Assembly (NCBI GenBank): GCA_040954595.2
Contig: CM082591.2
Location: 4,325,957 to 4,389,956 of the forward strand
Reading direction: 5' to 3'
DNA from: Balanoglossus misakiensis
Lineage: Eukaryota; Animalia; Hemichordata
Length of the DNA stretch: 64,000 nucleotides
Positions 48,601-58,300 of this stretch are shown in pieces. The notes under the pieces are model-generated. The model saw only the letters and a program-made list of their open reading frames with translations, was not told where the DNA came from and did no database searches. Every line of letters begins with the position of its first letter. The stretch's first letter is position 1. A program made the translations under genes and the position numbers.

Positions 48601-50664
48601 TTCCAAAACTCAAAACTCCACATTTGTGTTGTATCTCAGTTTTGTCACAATACACCCGTTGCAATTCTCATGTTCACTGCATACCGGAAGTGCGACACAT
48701 GTATCAGATTTTCATCACTCACCTAGGTAGCAAAAACCTAGTAAAGGTAGCGAGAATATTTGCTGTAGTAGTCTTTTGGGAGACGAACATCCACCGGGCT
48801 GCACAGTGGTCAACGGTTACGCACTTCCAGACAATTGCTGCTTGTTGTTGTCTGTTGTATCATTTGATTATATATTATGTACATGTACTAGTTACATGTA
48901 TTTCATTTCAGTACAATGATCTGATTATCTCAATACCCCCTTGCTTTATTATGGGCTGGAGTCCTTGAAAAGCAATTAATTTGTACTCAAGATCTTCAAT
49001 GCGATCACTGAATATTTTCTTTCCCAACAGATTATGGGTGCACGTGACAGGGGCCATCAACAAAGGCGACCAAGTGGAGGCCACAAAAGAGAAGACCATC
49101 CTGGAAGAGGCACAGAGACAAGCCACCAGAGAGAGGAAAGCCAAGCGACAGGAATGGTTGCCTAGGCTCTTCGAACAAGATGTCATCACCGGAGAGTGGA
49201 TATACAAACATGCTGAGTAAGTTCTGGCACCTGTGCCCCTGTGTTGTATTAAAGAAGAAACCCGAGTATAAATGCATGCTTTTCACCCATGTTTTCCTAC
49301 GTGCTGTATTAAAGAAGAAAGACGGGTATAAAAGGATGCTTTGTACTGGGTGATCAGTGTACATGGTTGGATTAGACCAAGCATGAGTAGGAAGGGCCAA
49401 CTTCATGAAAAATAAGTTTTTTGACCTTTTAAAACCAAGGTCAAAAGACCAGGGATTCAGGGTGCAAAAGGTTAAACTAAAAAGGATTTCAGTGGGCATC
49501 TTTCCCATAGAAAAATGATGAGAGTACTGAAAATAAACAACTGGATCAAAACAAAGAGTCATGCATACCAAACCATCGTTTTGGAATTTTGATTATGAAT
49601 CCCAATATTTGTGCTTGCTTTGGGTCATGGAATTTTATAGTTCTCCTGTCTAGTTTCCTCACCTATTCAGGTACAATATATCAAATTTTTTTATGACATT
49701 AGAGAAAGACAGATGCTATTGCATGTTATTTAGTTTTAAGCATTTTTCTTTCCGCAGTGCAAGACCATGGGACGTGCGCAACGACATCAACCAATACGAG
49801 AGCAGCGGCGTCATCCAGACGAAGACGAAACACCGAACGCCCATGGTCAGAGCCACCAGCATCATCAGCCTGTCGACCAACGACATCATCGTCGGGCGTC
49901 GCGACAGCAAGCTGCACCAGTCCACCCGGCGCAGCAGCCACGCGCCGCACACCAGGACCTCGTTGAGTCTGCGACCGATCAACGGCGCCATCAGTGGCGA
50001 GAGCGAGTGCTCGACGCCAGATCTGGAACACCATTCTGGATCAAGCGATAACGAAGGTATGTTTTGTCTCTTTTTTGTGAACCAGAATTCTCCTGTTGCA
50101 ATATTTCAAATCAACGTACTGTTAAAGGTATACGGTCACCTATGGAAAATTAGCTATAGTTACAATGGTAAATTGTAATCTAGCCAATCAAAGATTTTCA
50201 GTGGGTGGCACATCGAAATAAAAAGCGCCAACATATGTTATTTAGAACATGAAAATGTGCCTTTTCAGCCATATTTAGGGGTATGTAAATTGGAGGCGAC
50301 CGTGTGTACCTTTAAGTACAGTTCAAAGTACCTGATTGCTGATATTTAATGCTGGAAACCTGACATATCATACAGGATCTGAAATTAATTCCAAAAAATT
50401 GTCATTATTGCAGACGACCGCTCCAGCAACAAGAGCAGCGGTCTGAACCGACGCACAACGTCCGACATCTTGCAAGCAATTCGTCCCATCCAGGAGAGCC
50501 AACAGCACGCGGCCGAACAGCTGAAGGTGGTCAGTCACCAGCTGCTGACCATCGCCCGACACCAGGAGGAGGACCAGGCCATGTTGGGACTGCGCAGCAA
50601 GGACTGGTTCCTGCTCTGCATTGTGCTGCTGATGCAGGTGCTGCTCAACTACATGATGAGGTGA
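20604..50664 (+). CDS. OSBPL8: Oxysterol-binding protein-related protein 8/5 (PH, ORD, C-terminal TM anchor), 21 exons, 900 aa
   Basis: Exons: 20604-20648, 32856-32892, 37125-37238, 41293-41369, 42748-42813, 43039-43140, 44243-44323, 44451-44573, 44940-45219, 45580-45740, 45939-46117, 46375-46456, 46583-46681, 46924-47119, 47601-47698, 47915-48004, 48130-48165, 48418-48518, 49031-49216, 49758-50056, 50414-50664; total 2703 nt, phases consistent. Motifs [19 protein letters not shown] domain ([22 protein letters not shown]), [47 protein letters not shown]. The first three exons are less certain than the rest. Confidence 0.93.
24422..24460. repeat. (TG)n microsatellite, interrupted
   Basis: Directly visible. 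Confidence 0.85.
26044..26089. repeat. Perfect 46-bp spacerless palindrome
   Basis: TAGTATCTATGCGTATTTTGTCC|GGACAAAATACGCATAGATACTA; arms are exact reverse complements. Confidence 0.95.
26401..26478 (-). mobile_element. MITE family D (piggyBac-like TTAACCC..GGGTTAA), partial
   Basis: TTAACCCTTTCACCCCCA...TTACCATAGAATCAATGAGTTTTGGGCCAA, reverse-complement match to 62818-62911. Confidence 0.65.
26920..27015 (-). mobile_element. MITE family A, partial
   Basis: AAATCTGTGATTGGCTAGATCTCAAATTGCCATGGTAACT...GGTGACTGTATTCCTTTAA, matches the end of 43291-43484. Confidence 0.75.
28817..29221. mobile_element. hAT-like non-autonomous DNA transposon, about 405 bp
   Basis: TIRs CAGTGTTCGAAAT...ATTTCGTACACTG; flanking direct repeat (G)ATGATAA (7-8 bp) on both sides; subterminal ACCAGTC/GGACTG motifs. 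Confidence 0.8.
29264..29357 (-). mobile_element. MITE family D copy
   Basis: TTAACCTTTCCACCCCTGTTTCC...TTGGACCAAACCATTGTGGTAAAAGGG, reverse complement of 62818-62911. Confidence 0.7.
29928..30020 (+). mobile_element. MITE family D copy
   Basis: TCAACCCATTCACCACCGTGGTT..GTCCAAACCCATTGTTTTCTATGG...GGGGTGAAAGGGTTAA. Confidence 0.8.
32337..32384. repeat. Three tandem copies of 16-bp TGACCTTTCACCTTAC
   Basis: Directly visible; each unit contains a DR1-like TGACCT-T-TCACCT. Confidence 0.9.
32638..32855 (+). promoter_or_regulatory. Distant branch point (TACTGAC 32655-32661), pyrimidine tract and 216-nt AG-exclusion zone upstream of the OSBPL8 37-nt exon
   Basis: No AG dinucleotide between 32638 and 32853; the first AG is the acceptor 32854-32855. 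GCATG (RBFOX-type core) at 32819-32823. Confidence 0.7.
32966..33300 (+). mobile_element. MITE family B (TTAA-AGGGACATTAGCTGTAACTTTT...AAAAGTTACAGTTAATGGAG), near full length, Kolobok-like termini
   Basis: Imperfect TIRs; related copies at 14160-14496, 35902-35978, ~45800-45906 and 63898-64000. Confidence 0.8.
33588..33661. mobile_element. Shared terminus of a dispersed hAT-like element (..TCTAGATTAAACACTG)
   Basis: GACAAATTGCTA.G..GTGCCAACA...CCCC.TCTAGAT.AAACACTG recurs at ~42568-42645. Confidence 0.55.
34018..34180 (+). mobile_element. MITE family A, degenerate copy
   Basis: TTAAAGATGTACGGTCAC..AGCTACAGTTACCATGGCAAATTGAGATCTAGCCAATCACAG.., colinear with 50122-50315. Confidence 0.75.
35902..35978 (+). 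mobile_element. MITE family B, left-end fragment
   Basis: TTAAAGGGACATTAGCTGTATCTTTTGAGCTTTATTTTCAGTATTTTTGTTCTGTGTACCAAATGCAA matches 32966 onward. Confidence 0.75.
36475..36718 (-). mobile_element. MITE family C (TTAA-flanked, TIR AG(G/T)GAAGGGGTCGTCG..), copy 1
   Basis: Near reverse complement of 40328-40555 over its whole length; terminal inverted repeats. Confidence 0.88.
36786..36890. repeat. Minisatellite, 3 x 35 bp ACAGGCAGCCAGAAAGCCTCGGTCTATATTCCAGA
   Basis: Three head-to-tail copies, one substitution in copy 2, no spacers. Confidence 0.95.
38616..38662 (+). mobile_element. MITE family D, left-half fragment
   Basis: TTAACCCTTTCACCACCACAGTTCGGTCAAAATCCATTGTTTTCTAT. Confidence 0.65.
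39187..39783. repeat. Compound tetranucleotide microsatellite (TCCA/TCTG/TCTA)n split by a MITE
   Basis: Directly visible on both sides of 39443-39600. Confidence 0.95.
39443..39600. mobile_element. Tc1/mariner-type MITE, 158 bp, TA target duplication
   Basis: TA-CAGTCAAA...TTTGACTG-TA; internal TAGAG(A)GGT/GGCC subrepeats. Confidence 0.85.
40328..40555 (+). mobile_element. MITE family C, copy 2 (inverted relative to copy 1)
   Basis: TTAA-AGGGAAGGGGTCGTCGCGCCGCGT...ACGCGGCGCGACGACCCCTTCACT-TTAA. Confidence 0.9.
41390..41483 (-). mobile_element. MITE family D copy
   Basis: TCAACCCATCACACCCCCA...GGACCAAACCATGGCGGTGAAAGGGTTAA; a second degenerate copy follows at 41670-41768. Confidence 0.75.
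43291..43484 (-). mobile_element. MITE family A (TTAA TSD, TIR AGGTATAC(A/G)GTCAC), full length, 186 bp, Kolobok-like termini
   Basis: TTAA-AGGTATACAGTCAC...GTGACCGTATACCT-TTAA; seven related copies in the window. Confidence 0.9.
47142..47337 (-). mobile_element. MITE family A, full length
   Basis: Colinear with 43291-43484; TTAA at both ends. Confidence 0.9.
47340..47485 (+). mobile_element. Degenerate tRNA-derived SINE fragment
   Basis: A-box-like TGACCTGGTGG, ACTCACAATC loop region, B-box-like GGTTTGATTCCC, followed by TGTGCCCTTGAGCAAG resembling SINE core sequences. No intact cloverleaf. Confidence 0.6.
50122..50315 (+). mobile_element. MITE family A, full length, opposite orientation to the copies at 43291 and 47142
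   Basis: TTAA-AGGTATACGGTCACCTATGG...GGCGACCGTGTGTACCT-TTAA. Confidence 0.9.
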
Positions 50665-53600
50665 ACGCACACGGGGCTCGCGCGGAGGGTAACGTCAAAA
50701 TGTGAGGGCACTTTTCGTGCCTTTTACGCCAATACAAAATCGTGTGAAGGTGCTCTGAGGCGAGATTTTATCGATTTGGAAGTCAAGCAATACTGGTAGA
50801 AAAGTGAAAATCCCCCCAAAATTGTAGAGTGGTTGTTTCCATGTTGAGACAACTGTACACCAGCTCATTGTAGTCTGCAGTCTTTTGACACTGGTTTTAT
50901 AGCAGGTAAATACTGAATGCAGGGGGGTTGATAATGAAAGGTCAATATTGATAGGGATGGGTGATAACAGTCCATAATGTACATAGTGTTGTTATTGAAG
51001 TTTCATATTGTTGGAGACGCACTCAGAGGTATAGGGTTGATCCAAAGTTTGGTTGTAAAGGGGTAAGCACATTAGTCATAGGGGTGGGGGGATAAGAATT
51101 GTTGGTGTGTGTTGGAACTCGTGAATTTTTGTAAATATCAAAGGATAGAAAGGATTTTTAGGTTCCCCCTTAAAAAGATAAATTGTTTATGTGAAACCGT
51201 TGTATACTAGCATTGGACCCTTTCCCCACAATAGTTGTTTCTAATCCTTAATTGATTTAGCCAGGGTGGATGAGTCCATAAACAAGAAATAGGTAGGTAA
51301 GGGGGTCATTGTTATTTTCTACAGTTCCCATTAGAGTTGATGACTGGTTTCTGAACCTGAATTCGAATGCATTTGTACTAGCTGACAGTACTATCAGTGA
51401 AGCGAGAAAAGATTTCTGACCTGTCCACACTGCAGTGTGAGACTCAGATTATTTCTACCAGATTTCACTTTCAGCAGGTCATAGGATTTAACCCAGATAG
51501 TGAGTGAGAGAGAAGACTACCTCCTTGTGTTCTACCCCCCCCCCCCTCTCTCTTCCCATCAGCCCAGCCCTCATCTGCCCCCATAAAGCCCTCTATGTGC
51601 TCCATCCAACTTTTGACTGGTCAAACATAAACCAAGTTTCCATTTATGAGACTCATATCAGACACAAACATAACACAGCCCACTATATAACAAGATGATA
51701 AAAATCATAGTCTCCCATCATCCAATACCTTCCATGGGTTTTCCCTCTCGTTTTTTGCTACAACATTAAACGCCCCATCCTCCACAGCCCACACACCTGT
51801 TTGAATAGTGGAACAGTCCAATTACTCATGTAGGATTGCCCCATTGTGCTAGAAACAGGGGTGTCTGGGTGTATCAGAGTACATCAACCCAGTCAAAAAG
51901 TAGTGGCAATTTCAGACAGTGTGTTTTAGACATTGTATTTTAAGCCCATCAGAAATGTTGCTTACACTTTTAGACATGCAATGCTTTACGGAATTTTGTA
52001 GACGGAACTTATTACCAATTTATTTTTTCGGTCGGGACAATATATATTATGAAAAAAAAAACCTACAATAGAATCTATTGACTTGTGAAAAGAATATTTT
52101 GTCAGATATTAAAAGTTCTTGTTCTCAATGAGAGTCTTTGAACAAAAATAGAGTTTATATGCCTACAATTGCCTGTCGTAATAATCTTTTTGAACCCTGA
52201 CCCTTGCTGACCTTTGACATGTGAGCATTTTGCCTATGATCAGGGTTCCAGGGTAATATTGAAAATTAAATGGGTTATTCTATAAATTGAAAATTGATTA
52301 GCATCTCATACATAGATTAGCGTAAAATTTACCTGAATTTGATCTAAATTAGCATAAAATGCATGATTGATATAAATTAACTTTTTGCATCATTATGAAA
52401 ATTCTTCATAGCAATTGAGTTTCCATGTGCAGTTTCTTCAAACTGCTTTCCTAAAATATAAGCGTGAGTTTCACTTATTTATGACTCGCTTTTTGGTATT
52501 TCAAAGGTTTGCCAAGTTCACTGCCAGCAACGACTTGCTGAAATTTATTGTGTTTGTTGCCAAATATTCTTTTAATAGAAACAAACTCCTAGTTTAGATT
52601 TTGCGTGGAAAAAAATTCAAGTGCATTGAAAAAATGGTGAAATATTAATTATGCCTTTTAATAGCAGGGTTTGACGGAACGTGCAGTATGCTAAAAATTT
52701 CACTGATTTTTCGTTTGATATCACGGAATGTTTTTAAAACCAATTTGCTTGTTTTGACCATGCAAATAATACTTTGCATTCAGGCAAGTTAGAAACAACA
52801 TGAAACAATTTTCCTATTCGAGACAAAACTGCTGTGTCGCACAATGACAGGGTCGCTCTGAATACTGTATGCAAATTGCTACAAAAACATATACTTGAAA
52901 CAAAAACAGTATTTTATATTGGTAACTTGAATTAGCAAAATTTTCTTAGTTGTTACTACAAAGTAATTTGTAGCGAGGTAGAACATTTTTCTTTTGGGAG
53001 AGACCTTCCCTTGCTCTACTAAAATATCCTTTGCCAACTGATTTTTCGTTCAGTTTAATATTAGTTTCTTTAGTCTACCAAAACTCGTGGTACAACTTAT
53101 ATTATTAATCTTATTTTAATAATTCAACAATAGATAATATAAATATTTATTTATATCAGTTGACTTCAAAGTGATAGAGTCCTATATTTTATGAAATGTG
53201 GCAAATTATTGGGTTATTTTTGAGAACTGTTTGTGGTGTCGTTTTTAGCAAAGGTGATGGTTGAGAAGATTCATTTTATTTGTTTGATTGACGAGTAGCA
53301 GTGATGTGGTCTGTTCATTTTGGATGGGTGGATTTAACTGAGCAGAAAATGACAGTTTAACCTTATAGGGGACCTGCTAGACTAGCTCGTGTCAACTTAA
53401 GGGGGCTAGCTGGACTAAACAGGTTTGACTGTACAAGTCTTGGGCAAATAAGAAATCTAAACAAACTTGTGCATTGTGCTATGTCTCTGTTCTCGCCTTC
53501 TTCATCATCTGTGCTAAATACTGAACTGGAAAACTGTCAAAGTTTGGTTTGGTGCTAATATTTGAAGTAAGTTATACAGAATTTTGTCATTTGCATTACC

Positions 53601-54433
53601 TCTAATTACATGAATTATAAAAAAATATATGAGTAGTTATTTGTATTGTATTATTTCATCAGCATTGCATTTTTTGGATGCCACTATTTTAATTCAGGTA
53701 GGACAGGTATATGTATGTGGGTGCATATTTTTTTGACATTTTAATTAATTGTTGATTGTGAGCAGTTGAGTAGTGCAAGTTTTGTGACATGGCAGGTTGA
53801 ATGCCAAACAGATGGTGCCACCCCTGTTGGTTAATGGACTAGCCCAACTTCAGCATTAGGTAGGGCAAGTCCAATGTTGTACAGGTCACTTTCAGGGGTG
53901 GTTGGTGTGTATTTGTTATACTGTCAACACTGAGGGGCATTTTCCAGTTATTGTAGCTGGGTTAGCTATTGTACAGTCAGTGGTCTAACCTCATCAATTT
54001 TCAGGACCTGTGTGCAGTATGTAGGGTTTTCAGAGGTGTAAATAAATCGTTTGTGTGTATTATTCATGTCAAAGTGCAAAAAACAACTACAACCCAACAA
54101 CTTGTATTTGTTGGAACAACTCAAAGCTTTACCTTCAATAATAAGCCACACAAACAAAAACAAAATATTTTCCATCATGACCACTTGGGGGCGCTTTACC
54201 ATGAAAACGTGGCTTAGTTATAGTTTTTTTTTTGAGAATGACTTTAAAACAAATTCTTGATTTTATCTCATTATATATCTTGTATATGATTAGATGACGT
54301 ATAAAAATGTGTATTTTCAAAAGTGGTGCATTCATTTTCCCGAATTAATTTTGTGGATTTACCAGATTAGAGAAGTATTCGTTATGTACATTCATAATTC
54401 ACCAGTTTTAATTGTCAGACTGTAAAACATATC

Positions 54434-54439
54434 AATAAA
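54434..54439 (+). terminator. Candidate distal polyadenylation signal of OSBPL8 (would imply a 3' UTR of about 3.8 kb)
   Basis: AATAAA followed by a GT/T-rich tract, about 900 bp upstream of the BLTP3 ATG; earlier signals cannot be excluded. Confidence 0.4.
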
Positions 54440-55351
54440 AAACAGTTGTTCTTTTTCCAACTTCTTTGACTTGTTGATAGATTGGGTGTCTTCTGAGTGT
54501 GTGGATGCTGAGATTGTTGAGAAACAGTATGTAACAGGTCATCCAGCCTCGTAGACCGCTCAGCAAAGGGGTCCCATCCAACATCAAGACTTACGAAAGA
54601 AACGGCAACATTATTAGTGCCTAGTATAGTAGCTCCTATTCATGCAATGGAAATTAAACAATTTCACAATATTATATGACATTCTTCATTTAACCTCTCA
54701 CTGAAACATGCTGTTTTATTCACTCATTGATTTATATCTAAATCAAAATCTCTCAAATCTTGTGAGACCTATAGACATGGACCCCAACTCACTATGATCA
54801 TAGGGTGGTGAGTTCAAGACCTGGACATGGCTGTGCACTTTTCTTCTCATTGCTTGTTCTTGATAAGTGATGGGTACCATCTCACAGACCCTTTTTACCC
54901 AACCACTTGAAGCCGCACACATTACAATCAGTGAAAGGGCTTTTTGACTTTTCCTGTAAAGGTCTATATATAAAATGTGTTCTTCTTGGAGGTAAAACAC
55001 ACACTTTGACAACAACACGTCCATTGAGTCTAATTCTTCGGCGCAATAGCAGCCCTGACCAACGTACAGTAACCATGGCAACAAGATTAGAAAGTGATTT
55101 CGGCTGAAAGCGCCCTCACTTGACCTCACATGACCCCTGACCTCACCCTCATGAAAGTTTATTTTTTATCACCGACCTAGGTAGTCTGTTTATTTACTTC
55201 AAACATGGCCGCCGTCGTCTGTGACGGTGAAGGCGTCGCTGTCACTATGCCAATTTAATTTTTTTTTCTCACGAAGACCCCAGCGCACTCATGAAGCCAT
55301 GAAGAATTCTCGTCCATGGAAGTCAGAAGGGTTTCTTGAGATTGAGAGATA

Positions 55352-58300
55352 ATGGCGTCGCTTATAAAGAACCAAATTGTAAAACATTTGAGCAAGTGAG
55401 TAACACTTAAATTATGCTGTCCCATTACTCATTTACTGTAATACACTACACAGTAGTAAATTTCATATTTGTACAATTGCACAGAAATTATAGACGCAGA
55501 CATATGTGAAGCGAGTACTTATATTATTGAAGATGAAGCCACGAGTTCCTGAGTGTCAGCTTCGAATAGTTGGTTGCAGGCTTGTCCTTAGCTACTGAAC
55601 TACAGCCAGATTTTCCTAATATTCTGCCAAGCTAATGTTATGAATATGGCACTGTGATTTGTTACAATGTAAATTTCTAACTTGTTCATATATACAATGT
55701 ATATTGCAATAGTCTCTTACGAGTGTACATATCCATGTAGGTTCAACTTAGACGAAACTGACCAGTAATCCATACCTTAATTATAGCACGGTCTCTGACC
55801 GTGATTATAGTTAATACCCATATGTGACTGTGAGGTGTGAAATAAGTGAAAATAGCCAAATTCCAAATTTAGCAGGTTTTATTATGTAATCACTCTCAGG
55901 ATACATAAAAAGACAACCAGTATAATTTCAAAAGATAACATATTGACCTTACAAGCCCAGATGCTTGTATGGCTGGGCCACGTAAAAGATCACACACGCA
56001 AAGATGTAGCTACATTGTATTAACCTGCAAGAGCGACTGTGACTTTTCACACAGACTATGTTTCCCCAAAGAGGACCTCCACCCCACCCCCTTCAGCAAG
56101 CTTTATCAATTCTTCGTTTGATATCTTCATTACATGTTGCAAAAAAATGCAACCATGCTCATCTGTGTCCATTTCATTTTTAAAAATTCACTCTGCAGTA
56201 ATTGTCAACATGTTTCCAATATTAAACAATAACGATGACTAATTCTGTCTCACTGACATCACAGTTGTGATTGATTAAAAACCCACAAACATGCAAATTA
56301 AATTTCACATCCTGTGTTCATTAGCATACGCGGAATTAAACACTGGGTCAGCTGAACCATAATTTAATGAAAGCGTGTTGGCCTGCACAGATAATTAACG
56401 CAAAAAGCATGACATGTATACAATTTATCCAGCTATTGTCATGTAAATTCCCCAGCCTAGTAAAAAGAATTGCCTTTGATATATGTGTGATTAGATTTGT
56501 TTTACAAATCATCGTCTTGCTTTGGTGATGTCAATCAAATATTGGAGACACATTTACTGCATAAAGAACCTTGTCATCCTTTGCCACTGAACAGTCCAGG
56601 GGTCTTATGATCGAGCAAAGTACCCTAATATAATGAAATGATGATCTCATTTCAGTAAGAAATAGAAAAAATATTTGTCTCGTAAAACGCCAACATGACA
56701 GTAGTTTGGTAGCAAGCTGTGCTTCTGTGACTGTTAGACGTGGATTATATCATCAAAGTACACAGTAGTATTTTAGCTTTGTAGCAACAGAGTTATGCTT
56801 GATGTTATAAATGGTCCCCTGGCATATAACTGTAACCAAGTAACACAGTCCTGGCTTCATGACAGGCCTAGAGAGATGCTTGAAAAAAATCAATTTAATC
56901 CTTAAAAGGGTCACGTAGGATCGATCCAGCTGTAGCTTAATATCTGTAAATAATTATTGAGTGTTCGAAAAGGTTAATACACACCTCAGTGGAACATAAC
57001 ATTTGACATAATCATGTCAGCGTAATGATCCAGAATTATGTGTGAAAATACATTGCTCGAAAATAATGTGGAATTTAGGGTTCTAGTGTTCTATTAATGT
57101 ACCCTGTAATTGCTATACCGTAGATTGAAATGACATTTGCATAGTGAAATTCACGTTAGAGTACGGTGTCTGTAGCCCAGTAGTATTCACATGCCCACAT
57201 GTCCTGGCGAAACTGAAAAGTCTCAGGAAAATAAATCTGAGTCAGGGGGAAAATAAATGAGTAGGCTGGCATACCCTAGAGAAAAAAATTCTTATCTCTG
57301 ATCAAAAAAGTAACCCTAGCAACTGCAAGGAAATTGTTTGAACATATACGAAATTATTGATTTTTTTAATATTTGAAATCCATGTAGACATACAATCTGG
57401 ACAGGTGTGGGTATTGATTATGATGTTTAATATTTGAAGAAAAACAGGATGCAGATATGTTTTCAAGAGATGTGATTGTCAATTTACATGAGTAAGGTCA
57501 TCTCAACAGATACTGAATACTGATGATTTAGGGAAGTAGATGATATATACAAGGAGATGATCATTTTGGCCCAGAGGAAAACGCAAAGCTAGTGAAGATG
57601 AGAGATTTTATATCATGTTATCTTTCTCAATCTCTAAATGTGCATCACTAAACGCAGCCCACACCTTAGTTGTGTCTATGCCCCTTGGGGTATGCTTTTT
57701 TTCATCTGATAATACTGTTAGAATTAGGTTTCTTCATCTCTGGTTCACAGCAAAACCTTATTGCACTGTAGTCTAATAGACCGAGAAAAATGATTCTATT
57801 TGTGGTGTTTCATCTACGGAGAGGTGACTGTGTTTGTGAACGTCAGACTTTGAATGTTAAATGAGCATGTTGTAGTTGACTCTGTTCCATTTCGTGTTAC
57901 CGATATGTGACATGGTTACCAATTCTGCCAAACTGAAACATAGGACAATCACAATAGTGTTGAGATAAAAAAGACATGACTTTCTGCCAGCCATCACATT
58001 AAGGAGTTCGTATTCTCTCTGCAAACAATGAAACGTGCTCACAAAAAGCACCATGTAATACTACCTTAATGTACGGATATCAAGCTGTGAGATTAATGCA
58101 CCAGTCTTTGTATTAAAAGCCTGTGTATTGGTAACGTCTTTCCTACAAAGCATTTGCACATAATCATAACTCCCTACGTGAGTGCTCAGTGCATATAGAA
58201 TGGCAGGCGGTATAATCTGATGGTTTGGATGAGTTGAGTCGGTTTGGATGACATCGTTTGCGATTGAAGGCCTCGTTAGATCTGCAGGGATTGTTTTCGT

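Noticed and set aside
49241-49342. Degenerate duplication with 60-bp period after an OSBPL8 exon
   Set aside because: Old local tandem duplication with no splice or coding signal.
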